32,000 nt of DNA from Serratia phage SP1. The stretch lies in sequence record OM457001.1. One strand, written 5' to 3'. Numbering within the stretch: position 1 is the first letter of the stretch; every line of letters begins with the position of its first letter. A program made the translations under genes and the position numbers. The notes beneath the pieces are model-generated. The model did no database searches, was not told the DNA's origin, and saw only the letters and a list, made by a program, of their open reading frames with translations. Below are positions 16,322 to 23,860 of this stretch, in pieces.

Positions 16322-16687
16322 TTAACCTCTGAATTTACCGAACCATGATGATTTACTTTCTGATTGTGATTTTAACACATCTTCTGCAACAGCAGCAAGA
16401 CATTCATCAATCAGGCTACTCACTAACTGCTTGTCTTCAGATGGAGTACTGAAGTCCACTACAAACTGATTCTTCATCATATTCATACCATGAATGTATG
16501 CAATATGAGCTTTACCAGTTTTGTCTATCAGCAACATTTCGTGCTTGACAGTTTTCAGTGCTTCCTGGAGTTTGGAATATCCATCATCCAGTGCCTTTTT
16601 CGTATCTGAACTATCAGGAACTGGCTGAGTTTCCCCAGCCAGTGAATCTAGTTCGAGATCGATTTCTTTGATCTCTTGTTCGGTCAT
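16322..16687 (-). CDS. gp40-position protein (121 aa)
   Basis: Lies between 41 and uvsX, as T4 gene 40 does; no sequence motif recognised independently. Confidence 0.5.
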   Translation of the reverse strand: MTEQEIKEIDLELDSLAGETQPVPDSSDTKKALDDGYSKLQEALKTVKHEMLLIDKTGKAHIAYIHGMNMMKNQFVVDFSTPSEDKQLVSSLIDECLAAVAEDVLKSQSESKSSWFGKFRG

Positions 16688-17874
16688 TCGCTATCCAAAC
16701 CGCTTTCCAGCTGAGCGAAATCACTGTCGATTTCAGGTTCGTCATCAACAGGTTCAGCCGCTTTCTCAGCCTTACGAGCAGATTTCTTATCGAGTTTAAT
16801 TGCTTCTGCCAACAGATCGTCAACTTCAGAATCAACGACACCATCTGTTACCATAGCACCGAGTTTGTATTTCATGCGAATTGCTTCGCGGAATGGTTCA
16901 TGCTTGATCATATCACCCCAGAATTCAAGTGAACGAGTAGCATTTGCCCGCCAGTTCTTCTCTTCAGTAACCATCTCGCCGGTTTCCTCGTCCAAATAGG
17001 ATTTGGCAAACCAGCCGTTCTTAGGCTTAACAACGAAACCGAGTTCCATGGCTACATCCAGCAAACCAGAGAATGGGTCAATACCGCCTTTGAACGTAAC
17101 ATCGATAAAGAATTTGGACTTTTCTTTAACTGTACGAGATTTTTCTGCGTTCAGTACGAACTGGTAACCCTGCAGGTCAGTACCGTCTTTGATCTGACGG
17201 CGACCAATGATGAACACAGTGTCGGCAGAGTACATGATACCAGTACCGCCAGTCATCACAGTCTTACTGAACATTTCCATCGTTTCGATGGTATGGTTAA
17301 TTGCAACGCATGGAATGTCCTTCGTAGTGAAGTACGGAGTTGCCATACGGAACAGAGATTTCAACTGTTTTGCACGAGTCATATCAGCTACTGATTTTTC
17401 GTTCAGAGCATCTTCAACTTCTTTCTTGGAAGCGGTGTTACCGATTGAGTCGATAAACACAATGACATGTTCGCCGCGTTCGATTGCATGAAGCTGGTTG
17501 ATCATGTCCAGTTTCAGTTCTTCAACGTTCATAATCGGAGTGTGAACTACACGCTCTGGGTCTACACCCATGGATTTCAGATACGCTGGAGTGATACCGA
17601 ACTCACTGTCGTAGAACAAGCAAATTGCATCAGGATGGTTTCGCATATAAGCAGCTACGAGTGTCAAACCCATGTTGGATTTGAAGTGCTTAGAAGGACC
17701 AGCCAGGACAGTCAAACCAGATTGGAGACCACCAACAATATCACCAGATAATGCGATGTTCAGCATTGGAATCTTGGTGCGAGAAACAGATTTGTCGTTG
17801 AATAGATGAGATTTATCCAGAGACTTGGTGTTTTTGTTGGTAGAAGCTTTGATCAAACGATCTTTTAACGACAT
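16684..17874 (-). CDS. uvsX: UvsX RecA-like recombinase
   Basis: LTVLAGPSKHFKSNMGL, CLFYDSEFGITPAYLKSMGVDPERVVHTP, VIFIDSIGNTASKKE. Confidence 0.95.
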   Translation of the reverse strand: MSLKDRLIKASTNKNTKSLDKSHLFNDKSVSRTKIPMLNIALSGDIVGGLQSGLTVLAGPSKHFKSNMGLTLVAAYMRNHPDAICLFYDSEFGITPAYLKSMGVDPERVVHTPIMNVEELKLDMINQLHAIERGEHVIVFIDSIGNTASKKEVEDALNEKSVADMTRAKQLKSLFRMATPYFTTKDIPCVAINHTIETMEMFSKTVMTGGTGIMYSADTVFIIGRRQIKDGTDLQGYQFVLNAEKSRTVKEKSKFFIDVTFKGGIDPFSGLLDVAMELGFVVKPKNGWFAKSYLDEETGEMVTEEKNWRANATRSLEFWGDMIKHEPFREAIRMKYKLGAMVTDGVVDSEVDDLLAEAIKLDKKSARKAEKAAEPVDDEPEIDSDFAQLESGLDSE

Positions 17875-17919
17875 ATGATTTCCTAATGATCAATAATATT
17901 CTCCTCACAAGATGGATGA

Positions 17920-17941
17920 AAGACCCTCATTACAAGGGTCA
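17920..17941 (-). terminator. Putative terminator between bgt and uvsX
   Basis: Minus strand GACCCTTGTAATGAGGGTCTTTC, 6-bp stem and short T-rich tail. Confidence 0.6.
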
Positions 17942-17958
17942 TTTTATATCAAGATGGC

Positions 17959-19011
17959 TTAAGCAATTGCTGCGATGAAGGCTTTCTGCCACTCAGCTTT
18001 ATCAGCGATGACCTCTTTCAGTCGTTTATGCTGATTAGTTTTGAGTGCCCAGCGTAGAGTTGGATCAGCTTTGATTGCTTCGATCTTTTCTACTAGCTCG
18101 TCCTTTGTACGGAAGTAGAATCGACTGTCGCTGATGATCAGATGGTTTGAGTCGAACTCTTCATCAATCAGCATGATTGCATCAGAAGACATGGTCTCCC
18201 AAACACGCAAAGTAATGAAGTTGTCGTTGTACAGTTTGTCACCGATAACCAGAGTGGTCAGACCAGAATCGTTCTTGGCTTGAACATCTGACATTGGAAT
18301 CTTACCAGTGAATCGAGGAGCTTCAGTCCATGGGAACTTTTTATTCTTGAACTGAGATGCTTTGGCATTGCCATAGAATTCCACAGACAGTGTGATTTGG
18401 TCGAACAGGAAATTGACCATCTTCTCTTCACGTGCACCACCACGGAAGGAACCACCGTAAATAAGATCAGATGTCTTTTCAGCTGGTTCAGAGATTTTGA
18501 AACCGGTACCGTAGATTTTGTATCGTTCCAATGGGAAGTAACGATAAGTGATGGCAGCTTGTACCTTGCTGTGCACCTTACGGATGGTTTCCAGATCATA
18601 GCCCTGAGAGATGATGTTCACAGGAGATGAAATCCAGACTTCATCCTTTTCGTAACCCCAACCACGATGTTCAATCGATGGCCAGAGCTGGTTGAATGGC
18701 AGTCGAATGTCAGTCAACAGATAGTTGATGGTGCCTTTGTACTGTGCCATCAGTTTGTAGTTGTTGATGATCGTTGGAGATTCTTTACCACCAAAGAAGT
18801 TGATGGCCCCGCCGATAACCAGCAGATGGTCGTACGCATTGATGTCGCTCACCTGTTCGAACGATACGACATCATCAGAAGGTTTGTTGGAAATAACGTC
18901 TACTTCATAGCCCATATCACGAAGAGCAGATGCCATGTACAGAGTTTCGCCAGACGGAGTGGTTTTGTATCCAGTCACGTTGTTGGCGAGGTTCAGCAGT
19001 GCAATTTTCAT
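17959..19011 (-). CDS. bgt: DNA beta-glucosyltransferase (T4 b-gt-like)
   Basis: SGETLYMASALRDMG, YLLTDIRLPFNQLWP, IYGGSFRGGAREEKMVNFLFD, NAKASQFKNKKFPWTEAPRFTGKIPM, DNFITLRVWETMSSDAIMLIDEEFDS match T4 beta-GT. Start set at MKIALLNLANNV. Confidence 0.95.
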   Translation of the reverse strand: MKIALLNLANNVTGYKTTPSGETLYMASALRDMGYEVDVISNKPSDDVVSFEQVSDINAYDHLLVIGGAINFFGGKESPTIINNYKLMAQYKGTINYLLTDIRLPFNQLWPSIEHRGWGYEKDEVWISSPVNIISQGYDLETIRKVHSKVQAAITYRYFPLERYKIYGTGFKISEPAEKTSDLIYGGSFRGGAREEKMVNFLFDQITLSVEFYGNAKASQFKNKKFPWTEAPRFTGKIPMSDVQAKNDSGLTTLVIGDKLYNDNFITLRVWETMSSDAIMLIDEEFDSNHLIISDSRFYFRTKDELVEKIEAIKADPTLRWALKTNQHKRLKEVIADKAEWQKAFIAAIA

Positions 19012-19046
19012 TTTATTTCCTTTGTTTTGATTTCGTATCAATTATA

Positions 19047-19907
19047 TCATGGTTGGCGTTCAATAGGGAATTGTGCTTCAAACTCTTGCAGTTTTTCCCA
19101 TTGAGGAGATTTCTTGCGCGAACCAGAATTGATGCGGATACGCTTGGTATGTTCAGTACCACCGAACAGATTTTGGTATTCACCGTTTTTCAGTGTCTTT
19201 TCGTAGAATTTGGCATTCTTCGGGAAATCCTTAACGATTCGTTCCAGTGCTGCGTTGTGACGAGCATTGTCACGGATAGAGGAACAACCACCAGCGGCAC
19301 CAGCTTTACCAGTGATGGCGATGTACTTCTGAACGGCCAGGTGATGGTAACCAGAAGTGATCAGACGCAGGTACGAGTATGCATCTTCGCACAGATCAAC
19401 GATACCGTAACCGATTTGTTCTGCATCAAGGACGCTCAAATCATAGAAGGTGTTGGTGAAACCATAGCTGTTCTCTTTGAACGGAGCAACGGCACCTGGC
19501 ATCATGAAGACTGGATACTGACTATGACCATGAGTGTAACCCATGTCCATCCATGCGTTGATTTCCATCAAGAACTGATCGAATTCAGCTTGAGTCATTT
19601 TACGCTGGTGAGATACACGACGATTGTCACGATCACGGATGAAAGTCGTGGTGATGTAGGTGTCATCGTCCAGCATCCAGATGCGTTGACCTTTGTACAG
19701 CTCAGTGATAGCACGACGAGTATCAGCGATACCGGTCAGACCTTCAACTGGAACGATTTTTGCCAAATGTCCGCATGATTTTTCGTATGCTTCTTTTTCT
19801 TCTGGACGAACAATGATATGTGGGAAATAACCTTCAGGGAACATAGTCAGGGCCAGAACATTATCTGGCCGCTGATAGGAAGGGATTACGAATTGAATGT
19901 GCTGCAT
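19047..19907 (-). CDS. GT-A-fold-like glycosyltransferase, probable second DNA sugar transferase (286 aa)
   Basis: N-terminal FVIPSYQRPDNV, acidic RIWMLDDDTYI (DxD-like), located between bgt and 42. Confidence 0.6.
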   Translation of the reverse strand: MQHIQFVIPSYQRPDNVLALTMFPEGYFPHIIVRPEEKEAYEKSCGHLAKIVPVEGLTGIADTRRAITELYKGQRIWMLDDDTYITTTFIRDRDNRRVSHQRKMTQAEFDQFLMEINAWMDMGYTHGHSQYPVFMMPGAVAPFKENSYGFTNTFYDLSVLDAEQIGYGIVDLCEDAYSYLRLITSGYHHLAVQKYIAITGKAGAAGGCSSIRDNARHNAALERIVKDFPKNAKFYEKTLKNGEYQNLFGGTEHTKRIRINSGSRKKSPQWEKLQEFEAQFPIERQP

Positions 19908-19956
19908 TTCTCTACCTATTTGTTGTTTGGATTAGGTAGATTATACAACGTAGGAT

Positions 19957-20889
19957 TTATAGCGAGTATTCCGTACCATCAACTTCGATGAAGGTAGGTT
20001 TGGTTTGATCAAGGTATGGCTTGTTGGTAGTGATGTTCATTCCAGCATAGAAAATCTCTGCCCAACCGAGGTCGTAGGTGTCTCTTACGTCGATGTTGAT
20101 AAGAACGTTGAGGTTCTCGTGCAGGAACAGTCCATAATGCTCGAACAAGGAAAGTTCTTTGCCATAGAAATAGCAGTTTCTTGCAGGAGACCGACGATTT
20201 GTACGATTAGCACACCACCAAACATACTGAGAACCAGTTGCTGAGGTTTGCTCATAATCTGTATCTGGACTAGTGTTGATAGGGAACAGATACCAATTTT
20301 TGTCACGGACGAAGGTCTTACCTTTGCTCTGGAAGTAATTCCATTTCACAGGATCGATACACCGCTGATTAAGCTTTACCTTACTCAGAAGTTCTGGATC
20401 GTATGCAATAACCACATCCTTGGACTGCTGGGTCAAAAGCAGACCTTTACGACACTTCCGGAAATCTGCCATCTTGGTTTCAAAGAACTGGTCTTCAAAC
20501 GTTGGATTGGCATCATTTTTCAGATAGTTGTAAACGCAGATCAAAGGCAGATCACCACGATAACCAGGTACTGAGTTTACGATTGCAGTCAAATTGTTGA
20601 CTTGAGCGAATCCATTCAGAGCGATTTGTCGGCGCCAGAAGAACTTCACGTTTTGTACAGGATCTGGATCGTATGGGATATGAACCAGATGACGTGCACT
20701 TGACCATGGAAGTTGCTCAATGAATCTCATTTCATCCCAATTAATACCTTTTGGCACTACAATGAAATCACCAGGCTGAGACCGCATCAGGTGGAGTTGG
20801 AAATCATGATCGTTTATGATGGACCATTCACCTGTAGCGGGATCATAACCTTGCGTGTAGTTTGGAACGATTAATACTGACATATGCAC
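19957..20889 (-). CDS. Uncharacterised protein in DNA-modification cluster, possibly a GT-B-like glycosyltransferase (310 aa; start may be at 20883)
   Basis: SLFEHYGLFLHENLNVLINIDVRDTYDLGWAEIFYAGMNITTNKP resembles a GT-B C-terminal half; position between bgt and 42. Confidence 0.4.
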   Translation of the reverse strand: MHMSVLIVPNYTQGYDPATGEWSIINDHDFQLHLMRSQPGDFIVVPKGINWDEMRFIEQLPWSSARHLVHIPYDPDPVQNVKFFWRRQIALNGFAQVNNLTAIVNSVPGYRGDLPLICVYNYLKNDANPTFEDQFFETKMADFRKCRKGLLLTQQSKDVVIAYDPELLSKVKLNQRCIDPVKWNYFQSKGKTFVRDKNWYLFPINTSPDTDYEQTSATGSQYVWWCANRTNRRSPARNCYFYGKELSLFEHYGLFLHENLNVLINIDVRDTYDLGWAEIFYAGMNITTNKPYLDQTKPTFIEVDGTEYSL

Positions 20890-20925
20890 CTCACGTGAAA
20901 AAGGGAGCCGAAGCTCCCGACAAGG

Positions 20926-21669
20926 TTATTTATTTCCTGATTTGATTCTATAATATTCGTCGATTTCTGACTTGGTTGCTGAATATTCACCAGTATCAGC
21001 ATAATAGTCCAAGAAGTAGAAATGTTTTTCGTACAGATGGATTGAACCGACGTTCCAGTACATTTCACCTGGAGCAACGTCGACACCTTTCTTACGGAGT
21101 TCGTTTGCCAGTTCATTCAGTACGTACTGTTGCCAATGGAAATCGTTGCGATAACCAAAGAATGCATCATTTGAACGCATATAGACTGAAGCGTGAAGCT
21201 TACCACGACGAATGAAATATTGAACGTTGGATGTGCACATGAAATCGCTCATACCATCTCGTTTGTAATCGTCATGCATGCTCGGACGAGTGTAGATCAT
21301 CTGAGCTCGACGAGAATCTGGATTACGAACCAGTTCTTCAAGAACTCGTTCGAATTGGAATCCGTTATCACGAGACCAGATTGCCCAACCATAGTTGGAG
21401 TTGATTTCACCTTTAGTGGACGAAATCGCTTGCCAGATTGCAGGAACCTTACCAGGAATGTCTTTAACGAACAGAGATTTGGATTTGTACCACTCTAATT
21501 CACGTTCAACATATTCGAGGTTTGGTTTACCGAAGATGACATCTTCATCTGCGATAAATGATACACCCAACATTTCAACAGTTTTAACGCCAGTTTTATC
21601 CGTGACAAAATCTTGTTCCAGGAATTTTGTCATCAGTGAATCACGAATATCTTCGATACTGAAATGCAT
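20926..21669 (-). CDS. 42: dCMP hydroxymethylase (T4 gp42-like)
   Basis: ELEWYKSKSLFVKDIPG, KGEINSNYGWAIWS, NPDSRRAQMIYTRPSM, DGMSDFMCTSNVQYF, MRSNDAFFGYRNDFHWQ. Confidence 0.95.
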   Translation of the reverse strand: MHFSIEDIRDSLMTKFLEQDFVTDKTGVKTVEMLGVSFIADEDVIFGKPNLEYVERELEWYKSKSLFVKDIPGKVPAIWQAISSTKGEINSNYGWAIWSRDNGFQFERVLEELVRNPDSRRAQMIYTRPSMHDDYKRDGMSDFMCTSNVQYFIRRGKLHASVYMRSNDAFFGYRNDFHWQQYVLNELANELRKKGVDVAPGEMYWNVGSIHLYEKHFYFLDYYADTGEYSATKSEIDEYYRIKSGNK

Positions 21670-21678
21670 TTCTACCTC

Positions 21679-22143
21679 TTACTTGTTGAAAATGTTCTTT
21701 TCTGGATTCTGACCATCAATTTTGCCACGAGAATATGCCACGAAGAACGACGCATAGTTGATCAAATCCTTGGCAGAATCATCCAGAGATTCGAAGTTTG
21801 TGCTTTCACCTGCTTGGATTTTGTCCATAACAGATTTCATGCGCAACATCTTGGCATGCATGATGTCATGGATAGTTTGTACGCCATTAACATAATAGTC
21901 TGCTTGACGGACAGAAGATGCTTTGCTCTGATAATCAGAACCCTTGGCATTCTGCAGTTCAATGCATTCGCGCAGAACCTTTACAGATTCACGTTCTTCT
22001 GGACTCTGACTGCAGGTGCCAACAGTTGGTGGAACAATTCGGCGATAATCTACAGCTTTGATAGTGTCGTATGGAGTTGTCATGATGTCCTTGGAGTATT
22101 TGATGGAATTGATGTTACTGAAGAAGTTGTTTACTGTAGGCAT
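21679..22143 (-). CDS. Nucleotide modification associated domain 1 (DUF1599)-like protein (154 aa)
   Basis: LQNAKGSDYQSKASSVRQADYY...HDIMHAKMLRMKSVMDK...NFESLDDSAKDLINYASFFVAY. Confidence 0.6.
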   Translation of the reverse strand: MPTVNNFFSNINSIKYSKDIMTTPYDTIKAVDYRRIVPPTVGTCSQSPEERESVKVLRECIELQNAKGSDYQSKASSVRQADYYVNGVQTIHDIMHAKMLRMKSVMDKIQAGESTNFESLDDSAKDLINYASFFVAYSRGKIDGQNPEKNIFNK

Positions 22144-22340
22144 TATAACACCTCTTGAACACGTTCAACAACATTGCTTACATACGTGCGCGAAGCAGCA
22201 ATTTGTTCATCGATGTTTTTAGGATAGGAACCCTTGAAACAGCGTTTAGAGCCTTCAATTTCAAGGACGAGTGACGTTTCTAACGCCTGTAGAGCCGCAA
22301 TTGCGGCTCTTGTTTCTTTCAATCTTTGTTGGGCATTCAT
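22143..22340 (-). CDS. Hypothetical protein (65 aa)
   Basis: Start MNAQQRLKETRA at 22340 couples to the upstream stop (ATGA). Confidence 0.7.
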   Translation of the reverse strand: MNAQQRLKETRAAIAALQALETSLVLEIEGSKRCFKGSYPKNIDEQIAASRTYVSNVVERVQEVL

Positions 22341-22510
22341 TTCATGACAGACCAAATCAACATAATAACCCAGCCGATACCTGTCCAGTTGGTGAACAGA
22401 CTACCAACGAAAATCGCAGTGGTTTGTTTATGCTTGCGAGTAAGTGCAATAATCCACGGCAACATGTAAACTACGAATGCAACAGCTAATCCTACCAGAC
22501 CTTCGATCAT
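22337..22510 (-). CDS. imm: Superinfection immunity protein, T4 Imm-like family (57 aa)
   Basis: Hand translation MIEGLVGLAVAFVVYMLPWIIALTRKHKQTTAIFVGSLFTNWTGIGWVIMLIWSVMK: LPxxIAxxRKHK and NWTGIGWVIxLIW typical of the family; between 42 and 43 as in T4. Not in the ORF track. Confidence 0.85.
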   Translation of the reverse strand: MIEGLVGLAVAFVVYMLPWIIALTRKHKQTTAIFVGSLFTNWTGIGWVIMLIWSVMK

Positions 22511-22953
22511 TTTTTCAGTTTCTCCATACAGTCATTGTAAACATTTTGTTTGTTGTATTTGCTGGCGAGTGAGAAATCACCAGAGTTCATGGCACGAGAG
22601 ATGACTTGCATTTCACCAATTTCAGCAGCTGCTATGCAGGCCTCTTCAGGTGTTGCTTTGACTTCACGATTTTCATGGCGCGCTTTATCAGCAGCCATAG
22701 CTTCGTTCCATTGACGGCGTTGTTCTTGAGCATACTTTTCAGCTTCAGCGTAGCGACCTGAATTGACTTGTCGGTTTTCGCGAACATACGCAATTCCGAC
22801 ACCAGGTGCTACTCGAAGATTACGGTTCGTATCCGCTTGGCTGTATACTGGAGTGCTCATTTCGGCACCAGAGAACTCTTTCTCAAGTCGTTCTAAGGTT
22901 GCACAACCAGTCAACATGGAAACTGCTACTGCTAGGACTGCTAAACATTTCAT
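22507..22953 (-). CDS. Predicted lipoprotein (148 aa)
   Basis: MKCLAVLAVAVSMLTGCAT lipobox LTGC. Confidence 0.8.
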   Translation of the reverse strand: MKCLAVLAVAVSMLTGCATLERLEKEFSGAEMSTPVYSQADTNRNLRVAPGVGIAYVRENRQVNSGRYAEAEKYAQEQRRQWNEAMAADKARHENREVKATPEEACIAAAEIGEMQVISRAMNSGDFSLASKYNKQNVYNDCMEKLKK

Positions 22954-22957
22954 GATC

Positions 22958-23203
22958 TTATCCTCTCGACAATTTGTTCAGTTGGTATTCTGCTTGGTAC
23001 TGCTCAAGCCGTTTCTTGCCAGCCGGAGTAGTGATGTAGTAGATGTCTGAATCATCTGACGCAGCCTCTACCAGGTAGTTCTTTCTCAGACACTCGGTAA
23101 CGATTCGAGTGATGTCTGTATGAGCGGGTTCATGCAGATCGACATTGAACCCATTCGATTTTGAAGCGAAATAAAGCACTTTCTCTTCAGAATACTTTTT
23201 CAT
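22958..23203 (-). CDS. Hypothetical small protein, possible winged-helix (81 aa)
   Basis: TDITRIVTECLRKNYLVEAASDDSDIYYITTPAGKKRL resembles a wHTH wing region. Confidence 0.65.
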   Translation of the reverse strand: MKKYSEEKVLYFASKSNGFNVDLHEPAHTDITRIVTECLRKNYLVEAASDDSDIYYITTPAGKKRLEQYQAEYQLNKLSRG

Positions 23204-23604
23204 ACGTTTTCCATTTTAGAACAGTTATGAGTGTACAACCACAGTCTTTCGTCTGCCATGATGGTAAAGACTGGTTGGTCTGGTGCTTGAACAAAGTATG
23301 CTCGTTGCATGGTGACCATCACCTTTCGCAGTTGCCCGTTGACTTCCATTGGAATCATGGTTGGATAACTCTGGTTGATCACGGCACCACTATCCAATGT
23401 TTTAGTGTTCATGTACGCTTCAGTTTCGAACTCAACACCTGAACCGAAGATTTTGATGCTGAAACCAGAGTCGTATTCCTTGACCGTTGCGATCGAACTT
23501 TCACCGTTGTTCTTGTCGGTGATCTGGCAAGAAAAAGTTGAGGCAAAGGTTGCTGGTGTTGCGATCATCAATGCCAGAGTCAAAGCTTGCAGTTTACGTT
23601 TCAT
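23200..23604 (-). CDS. Predicted secreted/periplasmic protein (134 aa)
   Basis: Signal peptide MKRKLQALTLALMIATPATFAS; two Cys in mature part. Confidence 0.75.
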   Translation of the reverse strand: MKRKLQALTLALMIATPATFASTFSCQITDKNNGESSIATVKEYDSGFSIKIFGSGVEFETEAYMNTKTLDSGAVINQSYPTMIPMEVNGQLRKVMVTMQRAYFVQAPDQPVFTIMADERLWLYTHNCSKMENV

Positions 23605-23608
23605 CGTA

Positions 23609-23779
23609 TCACCATTTGAATGAGCGATTTGAGTAGTTGGAATCTGCTTTGCTGGACTTCTGACCAGGTTTGCCGATGCCGATTTTGCCGGTAGAGCGAG
23701 TAGTGAGTTTGTCTTTACGCTCAGAGGCAGTCATTTTCTTTGGTTCGTATTGGCCGACTAACAGTTCGTACATGTTCAT
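23609..23779 (-). CDS. Hypothetical protein (56 aa)
   Basis: Start MNMYELLVGQYEPKKM at 23779; the longer track ORF extends into the promoter. Confidence 0.65.
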   Translation of the reverse strand: MNMYELLVGQYEPKKMTASERKDKLTTRSTGKIGIGKPGQKSSKADSNYSNRSFKW

Positions 23780-23819
23780 TTTGATGCTCCGTAGTTGTTG
23801 TTTCGTTTTTGATAAGGCT

Positions 23820-23847
23820 ATAATATCACATCCTTGTGATATGTAAA
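23820..23847 (-). promoter_or_regulatory. Putative early promoter with spacer palindrome
   Basis: -35 TTTACA (23842-23847), 16-nt spacer, -10 TATTAT (23820-23825); ATATCACA-N4-TGTGATAT within. Confidence 0.6.
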
Positions 23848-23860
23848 CAACAATTTTCAA

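Noticed and set aside
16614-16844. 76-aa minus ORF spanning the uvsX/gp40 junction
   Set aside because: Out-of-frame overlap of two supported genes, with Arg/Asn-rich nonsense-like composition.
18930-19778. 282-aa plus-strand ORF (longest on the plus strand)
   Set aside because: Antisense to most of the glycosyltransferase gene and the start of bgt. Composition is typical of a shadow ORF and there is no RBS/operon context.
21664-22158. 164-aa plus-strand ORF
   Set aside because: Antisense to the Nmad1-like gene; no independent support.
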